NCBI RefSeq assembly: GCF_009914755.1
Contig: NC_060925.1
Length of the DNA: 64,000 nt
Direction: 5' to 3' (one strand)
DNA from: the human T2T-CHM13v2.0 reference genome, Homo sapiens
Part shown: positions 57,465-64,000 of the stretch, piece by piece
Layout of the letters: every line of letters starts with the position of its first letter
Numbering within the stretch: position 1 is the first letter of the stretch
Program-made: the position numbers and the translations under genes
The notes under the pieces: generated by a model
Told to the model about the DNA's origin: nothing
Seen by the model: the letters and a program-made list of their open reading frames with translations, nothing else
The model's database searches: none

Positions 57465-59023
57465 TTTTGAAGATTTAAAGACCCAGATAAGAACCTAATG
57501 AAATCCACATGGAGACATATTATATCAAATTGTCAAAAGTCAAAAATGAAAAAGATAATTTTGAAAACAGCAAGAAAAAAATGACTTATACTGTAGAAGA
57601 GAGCCTCTCTAAGGTAATCAGTGGATGTATCAGCAGAAACCTTGTAGACCAGAAGAGAGTTGAATGATGTAGTCGAAGCACTAAATGAAAACATCTGCCA
57701 ACCAAGATATTATATTTGGCAAAATTGTCCCTCAAAAATGAAGGAGAGATAAAAACTTTCCAGGATAAACAACACCTAAAAGAGCTCATCACCACTAGAC
57801 CTGCTTTACAAGAAATGCCGAAGTGAATTATTCAATTAAAAATGAAGGACTACTAACAGCAAGTCAAAACATTTCAAAGTATAAAACTCATTACTAAAGG
57901 TAAATTTATCAACAAATACAGAATAATGTAATACAGTAATGGTGGTATGTAAATCACTTAAAAATTTTTAGAATAAAAGTTCTAAAACAAAAAATTTGGG
58001 AATAACTATAAATACAAACATTTCCTAATGGATTCACTATATTAAATGATGCAAATTGTGACATCAATAACATGAAGCATGTGTTGGGGGAGACGTAATA
58101 GTGTAGAGTTTTCATATGCAATTAAAGTCGTCAGCTTAAAATAAACCAGCATAATTATATGATGTTTAATATATGTCTCTTGATAACCACAACAAAAAGA
58201 ATACTAAATACAAATAAACAAACAAAAAGAGACAGAAATCAAAGAATACCATTACAAAAACAATCTAAGAAGCATAAAGAAAGACAGGAGAAGAGGGGGG
58301 AAAGAATTTCAAAAAAGACAAAAAAAATTAAAAATGGCAATGGTAAGTCATTTATACCAGACAAAACAGACTTTAAGCCAAACATAGCCACAAGGGACAA
58401 AGAAGGGCATTATATAATGATAAAAAGTTAATTCATTAGGAAGCTATAACAATTGTAAATACATATGTACCAAACATCAGACCATCTAAATAAATAAAGC
58501 AAATATTCACAGAATTAAAGAGAGAAATATACAACAATACAAAAATGGTAAGAGACATCAATAACCCACTTTCACAAATAGAATATCCAGACAGAAAATT
58601 AATAGGGAAACAATGAACAACCTAATAGACCAAATAGACCCAAAAGACATATAAAGAATATTTCACCCGAAGCAGAATATGCCTTCTTCTAAAGTGCATG
58701 GGAACATTCTTCAGTAGAGATCACATGATAAAACAAGTCATAAAAAATTTTAAGATTGAAATAATACCACATATTATTTCCAACCAAAAGTGTATGAACT
58801 TAGAAATCAATAATGAGAAGAAAATTGAAAATCTTATATATGGGGAAATTAAACAACACAACCCTAAACAATCAATTGATCAAAGAAGTGACAAAGAAAG
58901 TCAGAAAATGTTTTGAAACAAATGAAAGTACAACACATCAAAATATATGAGATACAACAAAAGCCTACTAAGAAGGATGTTTACAGCAATAACACAAACA
59001 TTTTTAAAATGACTTCACATAAA

Positions 59024-59309
59024 GGCCGGGCGTGGTGGCTCATGCCTGTAATCTCAACACTTTTGGGGGCGAAGGTGGTTGAATCATCTGAGGTCAGGAG
59101 TTTGAGACCAGCCTGGCCAACATGGCGAAACCCTGTCTCTACTAAAAATACAAAAAATAGCTAGGCGTGGTGGCAGGCGCCTGTAATCCCCGCTACTCAG
59201 GAGGCTGAGGCACGAGAATCGCTTGAACCTGGGAGGAGGAGGTTGCAGTGAGCAAGATCGCGCCACTGCACTCCAGCTTGGGTGACAGGGGGAGACTGTC
59301 TTGAAAAAA
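59024..59309 (+). mobile_element. AluSx/Sz
   Basis: 18-bp TSD aaaatgact(t/c)cacataaa at 59006-59023 and 59310-59327. Confidence 0.96.
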
Positions 59310-61703
59310 AAAATGACTCCACATAAACAACCTAACTTTACACCTCAAGCCAAGAAAAGAAGAGAAACTAAACTCAAAGCAGAATAAAGAAGATAATAAC
59401 AATCAGAACACAAACACATGAAATAGAGACTAGAAAAATAATAGGGGAAAAAAGAATGAAACCAAGAGTTTGTTTTTTTGGAAAGATATACAAAATGAAC
59501 AAAACTTTAGCTGCACACACACACAAAAACGGGAAAACGCACATAAGTAAATAAGTTCAGAAATGGAAGAGTAGAAATTATAACTGATGCCACAGAAATG
59601 CAAAGGATCATAAGAGGCTACTCTGAACAATTTATACCAAGAAATTGAATAACCTAGAATAAATGGATACATTTATAGATACATACAACATATCAAGACT
59701 GATTCATGAAGAAGTAGATAAATTTGAAGGGATCAATAATGACTAATTGATTAAATCAGCTTTCAAAAACTTCTCAACAAACGAAAGCCCAAGACTAGAC
59801 GACTTCACTAGTGAATTGTTTGAAGCATTTAAATAATTAACAACAATGCTTCTCAAATCCTTCCAAAAATTTAAGAGAATACCTTTAAATTCATTTTATG
59901 AGGCCAGCATTATTCTGATACTATAGCCAGAAAAAGACATTACAATAAAAATTATAGTCTAATATCCCTGATCAACACAGATGCAAAACATTCTCATCAA
60001 AATATTAGCAAACCAAATTCAACAGCACATTAAAAATATTATTCACCATGATGAGTAGCATTTATCCCTGGGATGCAAAGATGGCTCAACACATGCAAAT
60101 CAATAAATGCAATACATCATATTAACAGAATTAACATTTATATAGCATGATCATCTGAGGAGCTGTGAAAAATGCACATGACAAAATCCAATATTAATTT
60201 ATGATAAAATTTCTCAACAAATTAAGTATAGAAGGAATGCACCTCAAAATAGTAAAGGTAATATATGACAAACCTTCTGCCAATATCTTCTTCAATGGTG
60301 AAAATTTCAAAGCTTTTCCTCTTAGACCAGTGAAACTCTAGCCAGAGCAACTAGTCGAGAAAAATAAATAAAAGAATCCAAATCAGAAGGAAATAAATAA
60401 AATCATTTCTGTTTATAGATGACATATTCTATATGTAGAAAACTTTGAAGACACCATAAAACCTTGTTAGTAGTGAAAAAATTCAGTAAAGTTATACTAT
60501 ACAAAATCAAGATATAAAAATTAAGTGTTTTTATACACCAACAACAAATCATCCAAAAAGGCAATTAAAAAAAAACTCATTTAAAATATAAAAAAGGAAT
60601 AAATTAAAACAAGGATGTGAAAGACTTATACACTGAAAACTACAAAGCCAAACCAAAGCATTGATCAAGTATGTATAAAAAGAAATAAAATAAAACAAAA
60701 ATAAATGAAAAGACACAGTGTGTTCATGGATTAGAAGACAATATTGTTAAAATATTACCAAGTTGATCTACAGATTCAATGCTATCTCCATAAAATGCCA
60801 TCTCCATAAAATGTCTATGAGATTTTTTAACAGAAACTAAAACAAAACTATTTTTAAATTTATGTGGAGCCACAAAGAAAGAAGAACAAAGCAGAAGGCA
60901 TCACACTTTCTGATTTCAAAATATATTACCAAGTTACAGAAAATACTCAGTATGGTACCAGCTCAAAGAAGATGGGTACACCAATGCAACATAATAAAAG
61001 CCCCGGAAATAAAACCATGTATATAAAGTCACCCAATTTCCAACAAAGCTGACAAGAATACAGAATATAAAATGGATATGGTCTTCAACAAATAGTTTTT
61101 GGAAAACTCTATATCAGCATGCAAAAACATAAAACTGTACCTCCATATTAAACCATACACAATATTAACTAAAAATAGATTAAAGACTTAAATGTAAGAA
61201 CTTAAACGGTAAAATTCCTAGCAGAAGGATAAAAACCCCTTGTTGAAAACAAGGAAACAACCTATTGACATTAGTTGAAGCAATGAATTTTGGATATGAC
61301 CTCAGAAGCAGTTAACAGAAGCAAAAATGTACAAGTGTAACTACGTCAAACTACAAAGCTTCTCAGCAGCAAAATAAACAATAAACAGAATGAAAAGGAA
61401 ACCTTTGGAATGGGAGAAAATATTCGCAAACCATATATCTCATAAGCAGTTAATTTCCAAAACATAAAAGAAACTCTTACAACTCAACAACACGACACCC
61501 CCCCACAAAAAAAAATTGGCAAAAGACTTGAACAGCTATATCAAAGAAGACATACAAATAGCTACCAGATATATGAAGTGATACTCAATATCATTAATTA
61601 TCAAAGAAAGACAAATCAAAACTACAATGAGATACCTCCTCACACCTGTTGACAATGGTTATTATCAAAAATAAAACAAAATAAAAGAAATCAAGTGTTG
61701 TCA

Positions 61704-62201
<498 letters not shown>

Positions 62202-63059
62202 TTATTGCAACGTTATTCACAATATCAAAGAAATGGAAGTAACCCAAATTTCCTTTAACAGATGAACAGATAAGAAAATGTGGTATAGAGAGACAAGAAA
62301 ATATTGCTCAATCTCAAAAAGGGAAGCAATCCTGTCATATGCACAAAATGGATGAACATAGAGGACATTTTGTAACACAAAATAAGCCAATCACAGAAGA
62401 ACAAATAGTGCATGAGTCCAGTTATCTGAGGTATATAAAATAGCTAAACTCTTAGAAGTATAACATATAACGGTGGTTGTCGGGGGCTGACAGTAGGGGA
62501 AATGGGGAGTTATTCAATGGATTTGAAGTTTTAGTTATGAAAGATAAGTTCTAGAGGTCTGCTTTACAACATAGTGTCTAAAGTTATATTATATATTGTG
62601 CACTTCAAAATTTAAGAAGGTAGATCTCAAGTTAAGTGTTCTCACCACAGAAGATAAAACAAACAAACAAACAAAAAGGCACAAGGAAGTTTGGGAGGTG
62701 TTGGATATATCTTTTACCTCAATTGTAATGACAGTGCCATTGATATTTATATATGTCCAAATTTAGCAAATTTCATATATTAAATGCACGCAGTTCTTTG
62801 TAAGTCAATCATACCTCAATTCAGTGGCTACAAATAAATAATAGATAAAAAAGAAAGTGGAGCATGGTTTCAATCAAAATATTAATACTGACAGTTTCCC
62901 AAAGCAACAACTGTATTACACATCTTACTGTTTCTCTTCCTTTATCATCATCTAGAAATTATTTCATATCCCAAAGCTGATTTTTGATTCAGCTCACAAA
63001 TCATTTCCTAGAAGACCCTGACCATACTATACGCATATTACAGGAAAAAAAATTAATAT

Positions 63060-63500
63060 ATACTGGTGCCTTCTGCCGGCATTTACTATGCTAGGTATTT
63101 TATATACATTTTCCTGTAGAAACTTTACAACCTTCTAGCCATCCTATGAAGTTGTTTGTATCTATTATTTGTTTACAATGAGTCAATAGAGTCACTGGTG
63201 GTTTAAGTGACTAGTCCATGATTTTTAGTAACTGATCTAAATCATAACAATGTGTCTGTTTAATTTCAGAGGTATGCTCTTTATACTGTTCTCAGTGCTG
63301 AGCACATACTAAGATGATGGAGACACTGTACACGTATGTCCAAAACAAGCCTTTTCTTTTTCAGTTAAACTGTGCATTATGTAGAGTAAATGAGTGAATA
63401 AATTAATGGCAATTCTATACATAATGAGAATATTTTTTTCTTTTTCAATTGATCTTTATGGGTATCTATTTTTGTTAATCCCCAGTGTCTTTCTAACTCT
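63060..63500. mobile_element. MIR relics
   Basis: catcctatgaagttg...tattatttgtttacaatgag...ggtttaagtgactagtccatg...tcagaggtatgctcttt. Confidence 0.5.
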
Positions 63501-64000
63501 GGGATGTTACCTGGCCCTTTACAGGCACTTTTCTTGAAGATGAAATCTTGCTAGGCAACTGTGTTTCCCATAGTTTTGGATTGTTAAATGCCTGAGTTCG
63601 TAAAGTTCACTTAAATCTCCCATTTCTACATTGCCCCATTGGTTGAGTTATTCTATTACTTATTGTATTTAGACTGGCCTTTGCTTGGGTAATTTCTGAA
63701 ACAGATCATTTATCTTTAACCCCAAGAACTTCAGAAAAATTCTCCTTTTTATTTATATAAACACATCTGTGAAGACTACAGATTTCTCTGAGTTGTCAGC
63801 TCCTAATTATCATTGCATTTCCATGTTACTAACTACCAAGCTTTGGTTGTAAATGGTTCATGCTATCACTATTACTTGTTTATTCTGCATAGTCTTTTTT
63901 GCATTTGAACAATTGAAAACCCTTTAATTTGGGGATAGTTTGACATCATTGTTTGAAATCCTGCTGTATCATTTAACTTGTTAAAACAGTGAAAGTATCT

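Overview
Primate (human-like) AT-rich, CpG-depleted, non-coding DNA, either intergenic or deep intronic; AluY plus L1PA elements indicate a simian genome. I can support no protein-coding exon, RNA gene or CpG island. The long ORFs are fragments of L1 ORF1/ORF2, Alu or LTR sequence, or chance ORFs. Most of the window is transposon-derived: five large L1 copies (L1MA2-like, L1MEf/g-like, L1MA4-like, full-length L1PA5/6, near full-length L1MB-like), two shorter 5'-inverted L1s, about 14 Alus, MaLR solo LTRs (MSTA, MSTB, THE1C, MLT1), DNA-transposon MITEs (MER2, Tigger2a, MER8, MER20, MER53, MER58A, MER63A) and L2/MIR relics. The best non-routine signals are: (1) a young ~640-bp non-tandem local duplication (23057-23700 copied to 25156-25794) that landed in the donor site of a much older local duplication, inside a five-layer nested insertion stack; (2) short non-repeat, motif-dense segments that look like enhancers (21700-21960, 40950-41165, 41790-41885). 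I see no convincing new biological system. Subfamily names come from recalled consensus sequences and need RepeatMasker/Dfam confirmation.
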